Under the pieces are notes generated by a model, which saw only the letters and a list, made by a program, of their open reading frames with translations, made no database searches and was not told where the DNA came from. This document shows, piece by piece, positions 1 to 10,378 of a stretch of 64,000 nucleotides of DNA (position 1 is the stretch's first letter; every line of letters begins with the position of its first letter). A program made the translations under genes and the position numbers. Source of the stretch: Pseudomonadota bacterium (lineage in GTDB: Bacteria > Pseudomonadota > Gammaproteobacteria > Comchoanobacterales > Comchoanobacteraceae); assembly GCA_036340215.1 (NCBI GenBank), contig JAYYZF010000006.1, positions 6,228-70,227 of the forward strand, written 5' to 3'.

Positions 1-30
1 TTGGGCTGCGCTATTTGCACTATTAGCCAT
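1..30 (-). CDS. secY: SecY translocase, first 10 codons only (gene runs off window)
   Basis: Minus-strand ATG at 28-30, 1 nt after the rplO stop, reads MANSANSAAQ. This is the canonical secY slot after rplO in the spc operon. The call is positional only. Confidence 0.4.
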   Translation of the reverse strand, partial: MANSANSAAQ

Positions 31-31
31 C

Positions 32-466
32 TTAAACTACCTCACCACCAAGCTTTTCAAGCATCGCCTTTGCGCCTTTTGACACAGCTAAGCCATGCAG
101 CTTCATTTTAATATTTAATTCACCACTTAAGAAAATTTTCACATATTTCGTAGATTGTTTCACAATCCCATACTTCTTGAGAACTGCTAAGTCAACCTGA
201 GCCTGATCTTCCTGGGCAATTTTTGCTAGCATACTTGTAGGAACACTCTCAGCGGCTAAGCTCTTCTTAGATATAAAACCAAATTTTGGCACACGGCGCT
301 GTAATGGCATTTGTCCACCCTCGAAGCCTACCATACCTAAACAGCCTCGGGATTTTTGGCCCTTATGACCTCTTCCACAAGTTTTACCTCTAGAACCTAT
401 ACCACGACCTACTCTTCTCTTATTCTTTGCTGAACCTTCAGCAGGTCTTAAATTATTAATCTCCAT
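32..466 (-). CDS. rplO: 50S ribosomal protein L15
   Basis: 144 aa with a Gly/Arg-rich N-terminus (GRGIGSRGKTCGRGHKGQKSRG). Located at the spc operon position after L30. Confidence 0.95.
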   Translation of the reverse strand: MEINNLRPAEGSAKNKRRVGRGIGSRGKTCGRGHKGQKSRGCLGMVGFEGGQMPLQRRVPKFGFISKKSLAAESVPTSMLAKIAQEDQAQVDLAVLKKYGIVKQSTKYVKIFLSGELNIKMKLHGLAVSKGAKAMLEKLGGEVV

Positions 467-672
467 TAGATACCCTCCACACTAAGTAGAAATATTACCT
501 TATTTACCATACCTCTATTTTCAGGAGTATTCGCAACCGTTACTTCACTATTTATCTTTCTTAAACCTAAACCTTTGACTGATGATTTCTGCTTTGCAGT
601 AAGGCCATTAGTGCTCTTAATTAGTTTAACTTTTAAACTTTGCATAGATGTTGCGGGTAACAGCTTAGACAT
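466..672 (-). CDS. rpmD: 50S ribosomal protein L30
   Basis: KGLGLRKINSEVTVANTPENRGMVNKV matches the L30 core. The stop overlaps the rplO ATG (TAATG). The true start may be the internal ATG at 645 (MQSLKVKL). Confidence 0.85.
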   Translation of the reverse strand: MSKLLPATSMQSLKVKLIKSTNGLTAKQKSSVKGLGLRKINSEVTVANTPENRGMVNKVIFLLSVEGI

Positions 673-674
673 TG

Positions 675-1220
675 CTACTCTCCTGTTTTTAGTTCTGGTG
701 TTATAAAGACCTCACTAACTGCAACACCTCTTCTACGAGATACTTCAAGTGGGTCTATCATTGACTGTAATCCAGCAATAGTTGCCTTAACTACATTGAA
801 AGGGTTTGACGACTTAACACATTTTGCAAGTACATTTTCTACGCCTAACACCTCAAATACAGCACGCATAGCTCCGCCAGCTATTATACCTGTACCTTCT
901 GACGCTGGTCTCATAAAAACCTTAGTAGCTCCAAATCTGCCAGAAACAGAATGTTGTAGTGTTTTGTTGCTTAGGTTTATATCAACCATGCTGCACTTAG
1001 CAGACTCAGTAGCCTTTCTGATAGCAACAGGTACATCTTTAGCTGTACCACTACCGCACCCGACTTTACCATTACCATCACCAACAACAACTGTTGCAGA
1101 AAAACTAAAGTCTCTTCCTCCACCACGAGCTTTTGATGTTCGACGAACGCACACTAACTTTTCTCTGTACTCAAATGGAGAATTACTACTACCAGCTTCT
1201 TGTGTTCTACCATAACTCAT
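675..1220 (-). CDS. rpsE: 30S ribosomal protein S5
   Basis: 181 aa. Contains GRFGATKVFMRPASEGTGIIAGGAMRAV, typical of S5. Operon order is L18-S5-L30. Confidence 0.95.
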   Translation of the reverse strand: MSYGRTQEAGSSNSPFEYREKLVCVRRTSKARGGGRDFSFSATVVVGDGNGKVGCGSGTAKDVPVAIRKATESAKCSMVDINLSNKTLQHSVSGRFGATKVFMRPASEGTGIIAGGAMRAVFEVLGVENVLAKCVKSSNPFNVVKATIAGLQSMIDPLEVSRRRGVAVSEVFITPELKTGE

Positions 1221-1233
1221 AAATATAACCTCG

Positions 1234-1569
1234 TTAAAATTCTAATCCGCCAGCGCGAGCACCATCTGCTAATGCCTTAACCCTACCATGATAACGATAG
1301 CCACCACAATCAAATGCCACTTTTTTTATACCAAGCTTAATTACTACCTTCGCAAACTCTTCGCCAACCTTAGTAGCTGCTTTGATATTTCCACCGTAAC
1401 CAAGAGATTTTCTCAATGCTGGAGTCATGCTTGAAACCGAAGCTAACATTCTACCTTCAGCACTAATTAAACTAATATAAACATGCTGGCTAGTCTTACG
1501 CGCCAAAACTCTATAAGCACCAAGCCTTTTAATATGCTCTCTTTTCTTAACTCTAGCTCTATTACTCAT
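1234..1569 (-). CDS. rplR: 50S ribosomal protein L18
   Basis: 111 aa with C-terminus FDCGGYRYHGRVKALADGARAGGLEF, characteristic of L18. Confidence 0.92.
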   Translation of the reverse strand: MSNRARVKKREHIKRLGAYRVLARKTSQHVYISLISAEGRMLASVSSMTPALRKSLGYGGNIKAATKVGEEFAKVVIKLGIKKVAFDCGGYRYHGRVKALADGARAGGLEF

Positions 1570-2132
1570 TGTTTTTTCACCTCTTTTAGTGATATGGACT
1601 CGTCTGAATATCTAATGCCTTTTCCTTTATATGGCTCTGGTGGTCGTAAGGATCTTATATTAGCTGCAACCTGACCAAGTAGCACATTATCTATGCTTTG
1701 CAATACTATTTCTGTCTGGTTTGGCATAGTTACTGTAACAGCAGCTGGCACATCATAAATATCTGGATGCGATTTACCCAAGCTTAAATTTATCTTTGAG
1801 CTGCCCTCAAGTTTTGCCTTATAACCAACTCCTACAAGAAGTAATTTTTTCTCGAAACCAACAGTTAAACCTTTCAAAATATTTTCTATTCTTTTCCTTG
1901 CAGTTCCAACTTGCTCTCTTGACTTAGGATTAGTCAACGTAAATGAGATAACACCATCAGTAATAGAAAAAGTAACGTCAGGGTGAAGGTTATATGACAT
2001 ACTTCCTTTAGTAGAACTAAATGAGAAAGTTTGACCTTCAACTTTTACGGTAACTGCTTCTGGGATAGTGAGAGGATTTCTTTCTGCTCTCATTAAGATT
2101 CTTTTTTCTGTGTTTAATTCAGTATGAGTCAT
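1566..2132 (-). CDS. rplF: 50S ribosomal protein L6
   Basis: 188 aa in the L6 slot between S8 and L18, ending PEPYKGKGIRY. A GAGGA Shine-Dalgarno lies 8 nt before the ATG at 2132. An alternative internal start is at 2093. Confidence 0.9.
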   Translation of the reverse strand: MTHTELNTEKRILMRAERNPLTIPEAVTVKVEGQTFSFSSTKGSMSYNLHPDVTFSITDGVISFTLTNPKSREQVGTARKRIENILKGLTVGFEKKLLLVGVGYKAKLEGSSKINLSLGKSHPDIYDVPAAVTVTMPNQTEIVLQSIDNVLLGQVAANIRSLRPPEPYKGKGIRYSDESISLKEVKKQ

Positions 2133-2143
2133 TATTATTCCTC

Positions 2144-2545
2144 TTATATTGAAACGTAGAATAAAACTTCGCCACCAAGGTTGGCAGCTATTGCATCTTT
2201 ATCAGTCATTACACCCTTAGATGTTGAGACAATAGTAGTACCTAATCCACTTTTATAACGAGACTGCTTTAACTCCAAAACGCTCTTATAAACTCTTCGT
2301 GAAGCCTTACTAACCCTACTTATTACACTCATAACAGGGTTTTCATTGTGATATTTGAGAACGATACTAATCTGTTTTTTGACGTCACCGAGAATACTGT
2401 AGTTAGTTATATAGCCTGCTTTCTTCAGCACCTTCAGTATTTCTTCTTTATGCACAGAGTGAGGAACACTTACTGTTGGATGCTTACGCATGTTTGCATT
2501 TCTAATTCTTGTCAACATATCCGCTATAGGATCTTGCATACTCAT
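2144..2545 (-). CDS. rpsH: 30S ribosomal protein S8
   Basis: MSMQDPIADMLTRIRNA is the canonical S8 N-terminus. An AGGAG lies 10 nt upstream of the ATG at 2545. The longer ORF reaching 2599 would overlap rpsN. Confidence 0.93.
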   Translation of the reverse strand: MSMQDPIADMLTRIRNANMRKHPTVSVPHSVHKEEILKVLKKAGYITNYSILGDVKKQISIVLKYHNENPVMSVISRVSKASRRVYKSVLELKQSRYKSGLGTTIVSTSKGVMTDKDAIAANLGGEVLFYVSI

Positions 2546-2561
2546 TATTCTATTTCTCCTA

Positions 2562-2864
2562 TTACCAACTGGACTTAAATAAGCCAGGTACATTACCAAA
2601 TAAAGCCTGCTTTCTTAAGCAACAGCGACATAAACCAAACTTCTTAAATACACCTCTTGGCCTACCGCAAGCTAGACAACGATTAGTCCAACGAGTTGGT
2701 GACTCATCTAACTTACGCTTTTGTAGCTTTACAACTGCATCCATAACCTCTTGAGCAGATGAGTTAGGGCTACTAATTATCTTCTTCAATGCTTCCCTAT
2801 TTTGCACACGCCCATGGTAAGACCTTCTACGGTTCTCTCTTGCTATCATTCTTTTAGCTGCCAT
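2562..2864 (-). CDS. rpsN: 30S ribosomal protein S14
   Basis: 100 aa with a C-terminal zinc-type motif, [23 protein letters not shown]. Confidence 0.93.
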   Translation of the reverse strand: MAAKRMIARENRRRSYHGRVQNREALKKIISSPNSSAQEVMDAVVKLQKRKLDESPTRWTNRCLACGRPRGVFKKFGLCRCCLRKQALFGNVPGLFKSSW

Positions 2865-2879
2865 AATTTTCTCTCTAAA

Positions 2880-3428
2880 TTAATCAATAAATGGGAAATG
2901 AAACCCTTTTAACAAAGAATGAGCTTCTTTATTAGAAGGTGCAGATGTCACAATTACAATATCCATTCCAAGCATCTGAGTCACTTTCTCATACTCTATT
3001 TCAGGAAAAGCTATATACTCAGGTATTCCAATAGACAAATTCCCTCTACCATCAAACGACTTAGCACTATATCCTCTAAAATCTCTAACCCTAGGAAGAA
3101 CTATAGAAACTAAACGCTGCAAAAAGTTATACATGTTGTCATCACGAAGTGTAACTTTAACCCCTATAGGCCAGCCATCCCTAATTTTAAAACCGGCTAC
3201 TGACTTTCTAGTCTTGGTAACCACAGCTTTTTGTCCAGCAATCGCAGATAAGTCCTCTAAGGCTTTATCGACAAGCTTCTTGTCAGCAACTGCTTTACCA
3301 CCTAAGCCTATGTTTAAAACTATTTTTTCTATCTTACCAACTTGCATGATACTAGAATATTTATATTATTCCATTAGAGCTGGAACAACAACTTTTTTGT
3401 AATGATCTTTAAAATCTAAACCTGCCAT
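2880..3428 (-). CDS. rplE: 50S ribosomal protein L5, frame interrupted by an in-frame TAA at 3366-3368
   Basis: The intact ORF 2880-3347 ([17 protein letters not shown]...RDFRG...FPEIEY) is L5 lacking its N-terminus. The same frame upstream reads ATG(3428) [20 protein letters not shown], then TAA, then YKYSSI, then the Met at 3347. The ATG at 3428 lies 17 nt after the rplX stop. Confidence 0.9.
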
Positions 3429-3445
3429 ACTATTTTTACCTAAAT

Positions 3446-3772
3446 TTAATTATCTAATATCGTTTCTGTTTTCTTGTTGAAAAATACCTTCTTAGAGTCT
3501 TTCTGGGACTTAACCCCGAGCTTCATGGCTTTTCCAGAGTTGCTATCATACCTTGCTACGTTAGAGATATCAATTGGAAGTTCCTTTTTCTTAATTCCGC
3601 CTTCAATCTGTGCATTTGGGTTTGGCTTCTGATGAAAAGTAGCTAAATTTATGCCTTCCACCAAAACCTTGTTCTTCTCTGCAAAAACTTTTAATACTTG
3701 GCCTGTTTTACCCTTGTATTTTCCTGTTAATACAATAACTTCAATACCTTGTTTAATCTTTGCTAATGCCAT
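3446..3772 (-). CDS. rplX: 50S ribosomal protein L24
   Basis: 108 aa with a KOW-like motif (GIEVIVLTGKYKGKTGQVLKV). Lies between L14 and L5. Confidence 0.92.
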   Translation of the reverse strand: MALAKIKQGIEVIVLTGKYKGKTGQVLKVFAEKNKVLVEGINLATFHQKPNPNAQIEGGIKKKELPIDISNVARYDSNSGKAMKLGVKSQKDSKKVFFNKKTETILDN

Positions 3773-3785
3773 AATAATGCCCCTT

Positions 3786-4151
3786 TTATAATACTTCTGC
3801 AGCTAGTGATACTATTTTCATAAAGCCAGCTCTTAGTTCCCTGGTAACCGGTCCAAAAATTCTGGTTCCAATTGGCTGTTTCTGTGAATTAAGTAAAACT
3901 ACCGCATTTTTATCAAACTTGATTGTTGAACCATCTGGTCTACGAATTTGTGAGGCAGTTCTAACTACTACTGCATATGAAACACTACCCTTAGTAACTT
4001 TTGAACCAGGCTGTACTTCTGTTACACTCACTCGGATAACATCACCAACATAAGCATATCTTCTTTTAGATCCGCCAAGAACCTTAATACATGTGGCTTT
4101 TCTACCTCCACTGTTATCGGCTACATTTAAAACTGTCTGCATCTGTATCAT
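3786..4151 (-). CDS. rplN: 50S ribosomal protein L14
   Basis: [18 protein letters not shown]...[10 protein letters not shown]...IVSLAAEVL is near-canonical L14. The start is taken at the internal ATG at 4151, giving 122 aa. Confidence 0.95.
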   Translation of the reverse strand: MIQMQTVLNVADNSGGRKATCIKVLGGSKRRYAYVGDVIRVSVTEVQPGSKVTKGSVSYAVVVRTASQIRRPDGSTIKFDKNAVVLLNSQKQPIGTRIFGPVTRELRAGFMKIVSLAAEVL

Positions 4152-4174
4152 TTTAAATTCCTCATTAATGCAAG

Positions 4175-4438
4175 TTACTGTACTTGTGCTTTTTTCACAA
4201 CCTTTGCTAGCTCCCAACTCTTCATCTTTGAGTGCGGCCTACTCTCGCGAATAGTCACAAGATCGCCAACACCACAAATGTTATTTTCATCATGAGCATG
4301 TATTTTTGTTGAGCGTGATATAAACTTGCCAAGTAGGCTATGCTTAACACGACGCTTGATTAAAACTACAATAGTTTTATTATTAGTTGCTGATACAACA
4401 GCACCTGACAATTCTCGACTTAATTTTTTTTCAGTCAT
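4175..4438 (-). CDS. rpsQ: 30S ribosomal protein S17
   Basis: 87 aa. Contains [40 protein letters not shown], typical of S17. Confidence 0.92.
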   Translation of the reverse strand: MTEKKLSRELSGAVVSATNNKTIVVLIKRRVKHSLLGKFISRSTKIHAHDENNICGVGDLVTIRESRPHSKMKSWELAKVVKKAQVQ

Positions 4439-4638
4439 TTTTTAACCCCACTCGTTACTTCTGCTATAACTGTTTTTATACGAGCTATAGTTGTTCTTAT
4501 CTGCTTGAAACGATGGGTTTTAACTTTTTCCCCTGCACCAAGCTGCATACGCAAATTAAAATGTTCTTTTCTTAACTCTAAGATATCTTTGATTAAGTCA
4601 CTCTTAGTCTTCTTTCTTAAATCTTCTACTTTATGCAT
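4435..4638 (-). CDS. rpmC: 50S ribosomal protein L29
   Basis: [26 protein letters not shown] is the L29 motif. The ATG at 4638 overlaps the rplP stop and has GAGG 6 nt upstream. Confidence 0.88.
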   Translation of the reverse strand: MHKVEDLRKKTKSDLIKDILELRKEHFNLRMQLGAGEKVKTHRFKQIRTTIARIKTVIAEVTSGVKK

Positions 4639-5062
4639 TAGCCTCAATCTCCCCATTAATTCTACTTATCATTGAAACCTTTACTGGTAACTTTGCACCA
4701 GCTAACTTGAATGCTTTTTGTACAAGCTCAAGCTCTACTCCCGCAATTTCGAAAAGAACAGTTCCAGGCTTTACGAGAAATACATAGTATTCTACGTTAC
4801 CTTTACCTTTACCCTGTCTTACCTCTAAAGGCTTTTTCGTGATAGGCTTGTCAGGAAATACCCTGATCCATACTTTACCGCCTCTTTTTACACATCTAGC
4901 GATGGCACGTCTTGCAGCCTCTATTTGTCTTGCATTTAAACGGCAATAGCCATGAGCTTTCATGCCATATTCTCCAAAACAAACAGTAGGATTCTTGGCC
5001 ATACCTCTATTGCGACCTTTTTGCATTTTTCTAAATTTTGTCTTTTTAGGTGGTTGTAACAT
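4631..5062 (-). CDS. rplP: 50S ribosomal protein L16
   Basis: Begins [20 protein letters not shown] and contains [15 protein letters not shown], canonical L16. Confidence 0.95.
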   Translation of the reverse strand: MLQPPKKTKFRKMQKGRNRGMAKNPTVCFGEYGMKAHGYCRLNARQIEAARRAIARCVKRGGKVWIRVFPDKPITKKPLEVRQGKGKGNVEYYVFLVKPGTVLFEIAGVELELVQKAFKLAGAKLPVKVSMISRINGEIEANA

Positions 5063-5091
5063 CTACCTATCTCCAATCAACAATAGTAAAT

Positions 5092-5748
5092 CTAGGCATC
5101 AGCCTTCTTATTCTCAACATCACCGAGATAAATCCATACTTTTATCCCAATAATACCATACGTAGTCATAGCCTCATGAACATCATAATCTATGTTTGCA
5201 CGCAATGTATGTAACGGTACTCTACCTTCACGGCACCACTCTGAACGAGCAATTTCAGCACCTCCAATTCTACCTGATACACATATCTTTATACCAAATG
5301 CCCCAGCTCTCATAGAATTCTGAACCGCTCTTTTCATAACTTTTCTGAACTGAGCACGCTTTTCTAATTGCTGTGCAATACTTGCAGCAACAAGTTTGGC
5401 TGATAAATCTGGCTTCTTGACTTCCTTTACAGTAACATGTGCTTTGCACTTTAAGTACCTAGAAGCTAAAGCCCTTAATTCTTCAACATCACCACCTTTC
5501 TTCCCAATGATAACGCCAGGACGAGAACAGTGAATAATAACGTGGGCATTCTGTGAAGGTCTTTCAATATCAATTCTGCTAATTCCAGCTTTTGCGTAAG
5601 CTTTCTGTAATTCTTCTCGAGCAAGAATATCAGCATGTAAATAATTTCTATAGTCACTACCTGTTGCAAACCATGAAGACCTTGTAGTTTGATCATCTCT
5701 TTTATTACATGCTAAACGATATGCACAAGGATTAACTTTTTGTCCCAT
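5092..5748 (-). CDS. rpsC: 30S ribosomal protein S3
   Basis: [13 protein letters not shown]-terminus plus a KH domain ([15 protein letters not shown]). AGAGG lies upstream of the ATG at 5748. Confidence 0.95.
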   Translation of the reverse strand: MGQKVNPCAYRLACNKRDDQTTRSSWFATGSDYRNYLHADILAREELQKAYAKAGISRIDIERPSQNAHVIIHCSRPGVIIGKKGGDVEELRALASRYLKCKAHVTVKEVKKPDLSAKLVAASIAQQLEKRAQFRKVMKRAVQNSMRAGAFGIKICVSGRIGGAEIARSEWCREGRVPLHTLRANIDYDVHEAMTTYGIIGIKVWIYLGDVENKKADA

Positions 5749-5758
5749 AATTACCTCT

Positions 5759-6088
5759 CTACTCGGATACAACTACTACTAAGTTACTAGTTCTTTTTAG
5801 AATTCTAGTACCACGGCCCTTCGCACGAGCCCTAAATCTCTTTAAAGTTGTGCCCTTATCAACGAATATCTTTGCTACTTTCAGAGAATCTATATCTAAT
5901 CCAGCATTATTCTCTGCGTTAGATATGGCTGATTCCAGAACTTTTTTAACTAAGCTGGCTGACTTTTTAGTGCTAAAACTTAGTTTCTCTAAAGCGCTAT
6001 CAACGCTGTTGCCACGTATCTCGTTAGCGATTAGTCTCACCTTCTGGGGAGAAATTCTTTGATTAGTTACTTTTGCTTGAACTTCCAT
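5759..6088 (-). CDS. rplV: 50S ribosomal protein L22
   Basis: 109 aa. Contains [16 protein letters not shown]...[24 protein letters not shown]. Confidence 0.93.
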   Translation of the reverse strand: MEVQAKVTNQRISPQKVRLIANEIRGNSVDSALEKLSFSTKKSASLVKKVLESAISNAENNAGLDIDSLKVAKIFVDKGTTLKRFRARAKGRGTRILKRTSNLVVVVSE

Positions 6089-6100
6089 AAAATATACCTT

Positions 6101-6373
6101 CTACTTTGTCTTTCTATCGCCAGCATGCATCTTGAACAATCTAGTCAAAGCAAACTCACCTAATTTAAAACCCACCATGTTTTCAGAAACAAACACTGGG
6201 ATGAATGATCTACCATTATGAACGTTAAACGTTAAACCAACCATCAAAGGTAGTATTACTGATCTACGTGAATAAGTTACTATTGGCTTTTTTGAATTTT
6301 CGCTTACTGATTTTTCAATTTTTTTAAGTAAATTGTGGTCTATGAAAGGACCTTTCTTTAATGATCTTGGCAT
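6101..6373 (-). CDS. rpsS: 30S ribosomal protein S19
   Basis: Begins [18 protein letters not shown] and contains [23 protein letters not shown]. Confidence 0.95.
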   Translation of the reverse strand: MPRSLKKGPFIDHNLLKKIEKSVSENSKKPIVTYSRRSVILPLMVGLTFNVHNGRSFIPVFVSENMVGFKLGEFALTRLFKMHAGDRKTK

Positions 6374-6383
6374 CTGTTATCCT

Positions 6384-7223
6384 CTACTTCTTACGTCTTC
6401 TACTACGTACAATCATTTTATCAGTACGCTTGTTATTTCTTGTTACCTTACCCTTGGTTGGCACACCCGTTGGACTGACTGGATGACGACCTCCAGAAGT
6501 TTTACCTTCACCACCACCATGAGGGTGATCAACTGGGTTCATAGCAACACCTCTAACAGTTGGCCTCTTACCGCGCCATCTATTCGCCCCAGCTTTTCCT
6601 AATGATGCTAAACTGTGCTCAGAATTGGCAACTTCGCCGATAGTTGCTCGACAATCCAAATGAATTTTTCTCATTTCACCAGAACGTAGTTTTAATGTAG
6701 CCCAATCTCCTTCACGACCAGCAAACATTGCACTACATCCTGCACTTCTAATCATCTGAGCTCCTTTACCAGGTCTCATCTCGATATTATGGATAGTAGT
6801 ACCAACTGGAATATCTCTTAATTTAAGGGAGTTACCTGGTTTGATCTCCGCACCCTTACCAGAAACAACTTTATCCCCAGCTTTTAAGCCTTTAGGTGCA
6901 ATTATATAGCTCCATAAACCGTCAACATAAACGATTAGTGCTAAGTAAGCGCTTCTGTTAGGATCATACTCTAGACGTGCAACCCTTGCAGCAATTCCGT
7001 CTCTATTTCTTTTCCAGTCTATATCACGGAGTAGTCTTTTATGCCCACCACCTCTGTGCCTTACTGTAATTCTACCAGCACTGTTTCTTCCTGAAGTTCT
7101 CTTGGTTTTTGATTTTACAAGAGACTTCACAGGTCGCTCAGAGCTGAGGCCAGCTTTAGCAACTTTGACCTTGTGTCTTACCCCTGCTGATGTTGGCTTG
7201 CTTTTTTGAACCTTTGCTACCAT
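6384..7223 (-). CDS. rplB: 50S ribosomal protein L2
   Basis: 279 aa. Contains [19 protein letters not shown] and [26 protein letters not shown]. Confidence 0.97.
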   Translation of the reverse strand: MVAKVQKSKPTSAGVRHKVKVAKAGLSSERPVKSLVKSKTKRTSGRNSAGRITVRHRGGGHKRLLRDIDWKRNRDGIAARVARLEYDPNRSAYLALIVYVDGLWSYIIAPKGLKAGDKVVSGKGAEIKPGNSLKLRDIPVGTTIHNIEMRPGKGAQMIRSAGCSAMFAGREGDWATLKLRSGEMRKIHLDCRATIGEVANSEHSLASLGKAGANRWRGKRPTVRGVAMNPVDHPHGGGEGKTSGGRHPVSPTGVPTKGKVTRNNKRTDKMIVRSRRRKK

Positions 7224-7232
7224 TTTTCTATC

Positions 7233-7526
7233 CTACTTTTCTATTAAGTTTATTGCATGACCATCTTTCAAGGTTACGTATGCACGCCTTATTGACTTTT
7301 GTGTACCCTTGATGTTTCCACGAGTCTTAGCCTTACCTTTTCTGTTAAGAACATTTACAGTTTTAACTTTAACATTAAAAAGTTTTTCAACAGCAGCTTT
7401 GATCTCAAGTTTTGTTGCACTAGCTAACACACTAAAACAGTACTGATTAAACTCTGCTATGTTGCTAGTCTTTTCAGTCATACTTGGTGATACTAGAATT
7501 TGTAAAAGACGCTCTTGACTACTCAT
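7233..7526 (-). CDS. rplW: 50S ribosomal protein L23
   Basis: MSSQERLLQILVSPSMTEK...KKAYV-like motif. The ATG at 7526 overlaps the rplD TGA (ATGA). Confidence 0.9.
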   Translation of the reverse strand: MSSQERLLQILVSPSMTEKTSNIAEFNQYCFSVLASATKLEIKAAVEKLFNVKVKTVNVLNRKGKAKTRGNIKGTQKSIRRAYVTLKDGHAINLIEK

Positions 7527-8143
7527 GATAACCACTCCTCTATTTTCTGCATGACTGCTGTTGTCATGACTAATTTTTTAGCAGTATACAGGTCATATGG
7601 ATTAAGAGAGAAAAAGTCTATAGCCCAAATATTCGGAATATTACGTGAAGCAAAGTAAGTGTTTTCACTTAAAGTCTCCTCTACGAATATAGCATTATCT
7701 ATATTATTTGCAGACATTACATTGAGGAAATCTTTTGTCTTGTGAGTTTCTAACTTAAGATCCTCTATGACAACTAGTGCTCCCTTTCTGATTTGCTCAG
7801 ACAATATAGATCTCATTGCACCTCTATACATCTTTTTGTTTACTTTCTTCTCAAATGATCTAGGTCTTGCTGCAAATGTCACACCTCCACCGCGCCATAT
7901 TGGACTCGTGTTTGTACCTGCACGTGCACGTCCAGTACCCTTCTGTCTCCAAGGTTTGGCCCCGCCACCCCTTACATCTGATCTACCTTTATTCTGCTTA
8001 GTGCCTGCACGGGCAGCTGCCATATATGAAACAATAACTTGATGCACTAAACCCTCAGAATATGGGGCTGCAAAAACCTTATCATCTAAATTCAGATTAG
8101 ATTTACTGTCTTTATCCAGTAAATTTACAACATTAACTTGCAT
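7523..8143 (-). CDS. rplD: 50S ribosomal protein L4
   Basis: 206 aa. Contains GTKQNKGRSDVRGGGAKPWRQKGTGRARAGT. Confidence 0.94.
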   Translation of the reverse strand: MQVNVVNLLDKDSKSNLNLDDKVFAAPYSEGLVHQVIVSYMAAARAGTKQNKGRSDVRGGGAKPWRQKGTGRARAGTNTSPIWRGGGVTFAARPRSFEKKVNKKMYRGAMRSILSEQIRKGALVVIEDLKLETHKTKDFLNVMSANNIDNAIFVEETLSENTYFASRNIPNIWAIDFFSLNPYDLYTAKKLVMTTAVMQKIEEWLS

Positions 8144-8147
8144 GAAA

Positions 8148-8789
8148 TTACCCCTCGACTCTCTTTATTTTTTTCGCGGCTTTTATCTTGACTAGGCCAT
8201 TCTTGTGACCTGGAACAGCACCCTTAACCAAAATCAAGTTTTTAGCTTCATCAACATGTAAAACCTCAAGATTTCTTGTAGTTCTATTCACTCCACCCAT
8301 GCGGCCAGCCATTTTCTTACCTTTAAAAACTCTTCCAGGATCTTGACACTGACCAATTGAACCAGGAGCTCTGTGAGCAAGCGAGTTACCATGTGTTGCA
8401 TCTTGAGTTTTAAAGTTATGCCTTTTAACACAACCAGCAAAACCTTTACCAACAGTAACACCAGATACGTCGACATATTGTCCTGTCTCGAACATTTTTA
8501 CGCTTATATCACTACCCACCTCGTGACTATCGTCAATAGAATCTAATCTGATCTCACGTAGATATTTTCTTGGCTGTACACCAGCTGCTTTAAAAGTACC
8601 AAGTTTTGGTTTGTTCAGCCTTTTTGCCTTGCCAAATCCAACTTGTATGGCAATGTATCCGTTTGTATCAGTTGATCTCTTGCTAGTGATAACATTTGGG
8701 TCACACTGGAGTACAGTAGCAGCAACAACTTCACCATTACTGTGGTTAATCCATCTTGACATACCAACTTTTTTACCATAAATATTCAT
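8148..8789 (-). CDS. rplC: 50S ribosomal protein L3
   Basis: 213 aa. Contains GKGFAGCVKRHNFKTQDATHGNSLAHRAPGSIG. Confidence 0.95.
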   Translation of the reverse strand: MNIYGKKVGMSRWINHSNGEVVAATVLQCDPNVITSKRSTDTNGYIAIQVGFGKAKRLNKPKLGTFKAAGVQPRKYLREIRLDSIDDSHEVGSDISVKMFETGQYVDVSGVTVGKGFAGCVKRHNFKTQDATHGNSLAHRAPGSIGQCQDPGRVFKGKKMAGRMGGVNRTTRNLEVLHVDEAKNLILVKGAVPGHKNGLVKIKAAKKIKRVEG

Positions 8790-8805
8790 ATAACCACCTA
8801 GTATT

Positions 8806-9138
8806 CTAGTTCATATCCTCAACGCTTATTTGCACATCAACACCAGATGCTAAATTTAACTTCATCAAGGCGTCTACAGTAGCAGAATCAGGCTGAATAA
8901 TATCAACTAATCTTCTGTGAGTACACATTTGAAAATGCTCTCTTGCGTCTTTGTCAACGTGCGGAGAGGTCAAAAGTGTATACCTTTCTTTAGTATTAGG
9001 CAAGGGAATTGGCCCCCTAAGAATTGCTCCTGTTCTTTTTACAGTAGCAACTATCTCGCCTGTAGCAAGATCAATAAGTTTGTGATCAAATGCTTTTAAT
9101 CGTATTCTTATTCTCTGTGCTTTTGCCTGAATGGACAT
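8806..9138 (-). CDS. rpsJ: 30S ribosomal protein S10
   Basis: Contains [17 protein letters not shown]...[28 protein letters not shown]. Confidence 0.95.
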   Translation of the reverse strand: MSIQAKAQRIRIRLKAFDHKLIDLATGEIVATVKRTGAILRGPIPLPNTKERYTLLTSPHVDKDAREHFQMCTHRRLVDIIQPDSATVDALMKLNLASGVDVQISVEDMN

Positions 9139-9168
9139 TTTAACTCTCCGCTATATCTTCTGAAAATA

Positions 9169-10359
9169 TTATTCGATGATTTCAGTTACTACACCAGCAC
9201 CAACTGTTCGACCACCTTCTCTAATTGCAAAACGTAATCCTTTATCCATCGCAATTGGTACAATTAAATGAACATCCATCTTAATGTTATCGCCTGGCAT
9301 TACCATTTCAACGCCTTCTGGCAGAATAACCTCACCTGTTACATCAGTTGTTCTAAAGTAGAATTGTGGGCGATATCCCTTAAAGAATGGAGTATGACGA
9401 CCACCCTCTTCTTTAGATAAAATATAAACCTCTGCTTTAAACTTGGTATGTGGTTTAATTGTGCCTTTGTGCGCTAGTACCTGACCACGCTCTACCTCGT
9501 CACGCTTTGTACCACGTAGCAGTACCCCAACGTTATCTCCAGCTTCACCTTGATCAAGTAGCTTACGGAACATTTCAACACCTGTACATACTGTAACAGC
9601 TGTATCTTTGATACCTACGATCTCTACTTCTTCACCTACTTTGATGACACCTTGCTCAACTCTTCCAGTTACAACTGTTCCACGACCTGAAATTGAGAAA
9701 ACATCCTCAATTGGTAAGAGGAATGGTCTATCTTTTGCTCTTTCTGGAACAGGAACATAATCATCAAGAGCTTGCATTAGCTTCTGGATAGACTGTGAAC
9801 CATGCTCACCAGTATCGCCTTCGAGGGCTTTAAGAGCAGATCCAGTAATGATTGGTGTATCATCACCTGGGAAATCATAGCTGCTTAATAGCTCACGTAT
9901 TTCCATTTCAACTAGCTCTAGTAACTCAGGGTCATCAACCATGTCAGCTTTGTTCATGAAAACTACTATCTTTGGAACACCAACTTGGCGAGCTAATAGT
10001 ATGTGCTCACGTGTCTGTGGCATAGGCCCGTCTGCAGCAGAAACTACAAGAATAGCTCCATCCATCTGTGCAGCACCAGTAATCATGTTCTTCACATAGT
10101 CAGCGTGTCCTGGACAGTCTACGTGTGCGTAGTGAGTGTTATCTGTCTCATACTCAACGTGACTTGTAGCGATGGTAATACCACGCTCACGCTCTTCAGG
10201 AGCCTTATCAATATCAGCAAAAGCTGTTGCCTCGGCGCCACCAAGTGTAGCTAATACATTAGTAATAGCTGCTGTTAATGTTGTTTTACCATGGTCAACG
10301 TGACCAATTGTACCAACGTTTTTATGTGGTTTATCTCTGTTAAATTTTTCAACTGCCAT
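9169..10359 (-). CDS. tuf: elongation factor Tu
   Basis: 396 aa with [18 protein letters not shown] and NKAD GTPase motifs. Lies downstream of fusA. Confidence 0.98.
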   Translation of the reverse strand: MAVEKFNRDKPHKNVGTIGHVDHGKTTLTAAITNVLATLGGAEATAFADIDKAPEERERGITIATSHVEYETDNTHYAHVDCPGHADYVKNMITGAAQMDGAILVVSAADGPMPQTREHILLARQVGVPKIVVFMNKADMVDDPELLELVEMEIRELLSSYDFPGDDTPIITGSALKALEGDTGEHGSQSIQKLMQALDDYVPVPERAKDRPFLLPIEDVFSISGRGTVVTGRVEQGVIKVGEEVEIVGIKDTAVTVCTGVEMFRKLLDQGEAGDNVGVLLRGTKRDEVERGQVLAHKGTIKPHTKFKAEVYILSKEEGGRHTPFFKGYRPQFYFRTTDVTGEVILPEGVEMVMPGDNIKMDVHLIVPIAMDKGLRFAIREGGRTVGAGVVTEIIE

Positions 10360-10378
10360 AATTTGTCCCCTTTTAAAA

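Noticed and set aside
796-1215. 139-aa plus-strand ORF
   Set aside because: It lies entirely antisense to rpsE, whose minus-strand product is unmistakably S5. It is a shadow ORF with low-complexity Pro/Ser/Thr/Leu content.
3366-3368. Possibility that TAA is reassigned as a sense codon
   Set aside because: TAA closes many well-delimited genes in this window at the expected protein lengths (rplO, rpmD, rplP, lon, mltD, nrdR and others). None of the nine tRNAs has a UUA anticodon.
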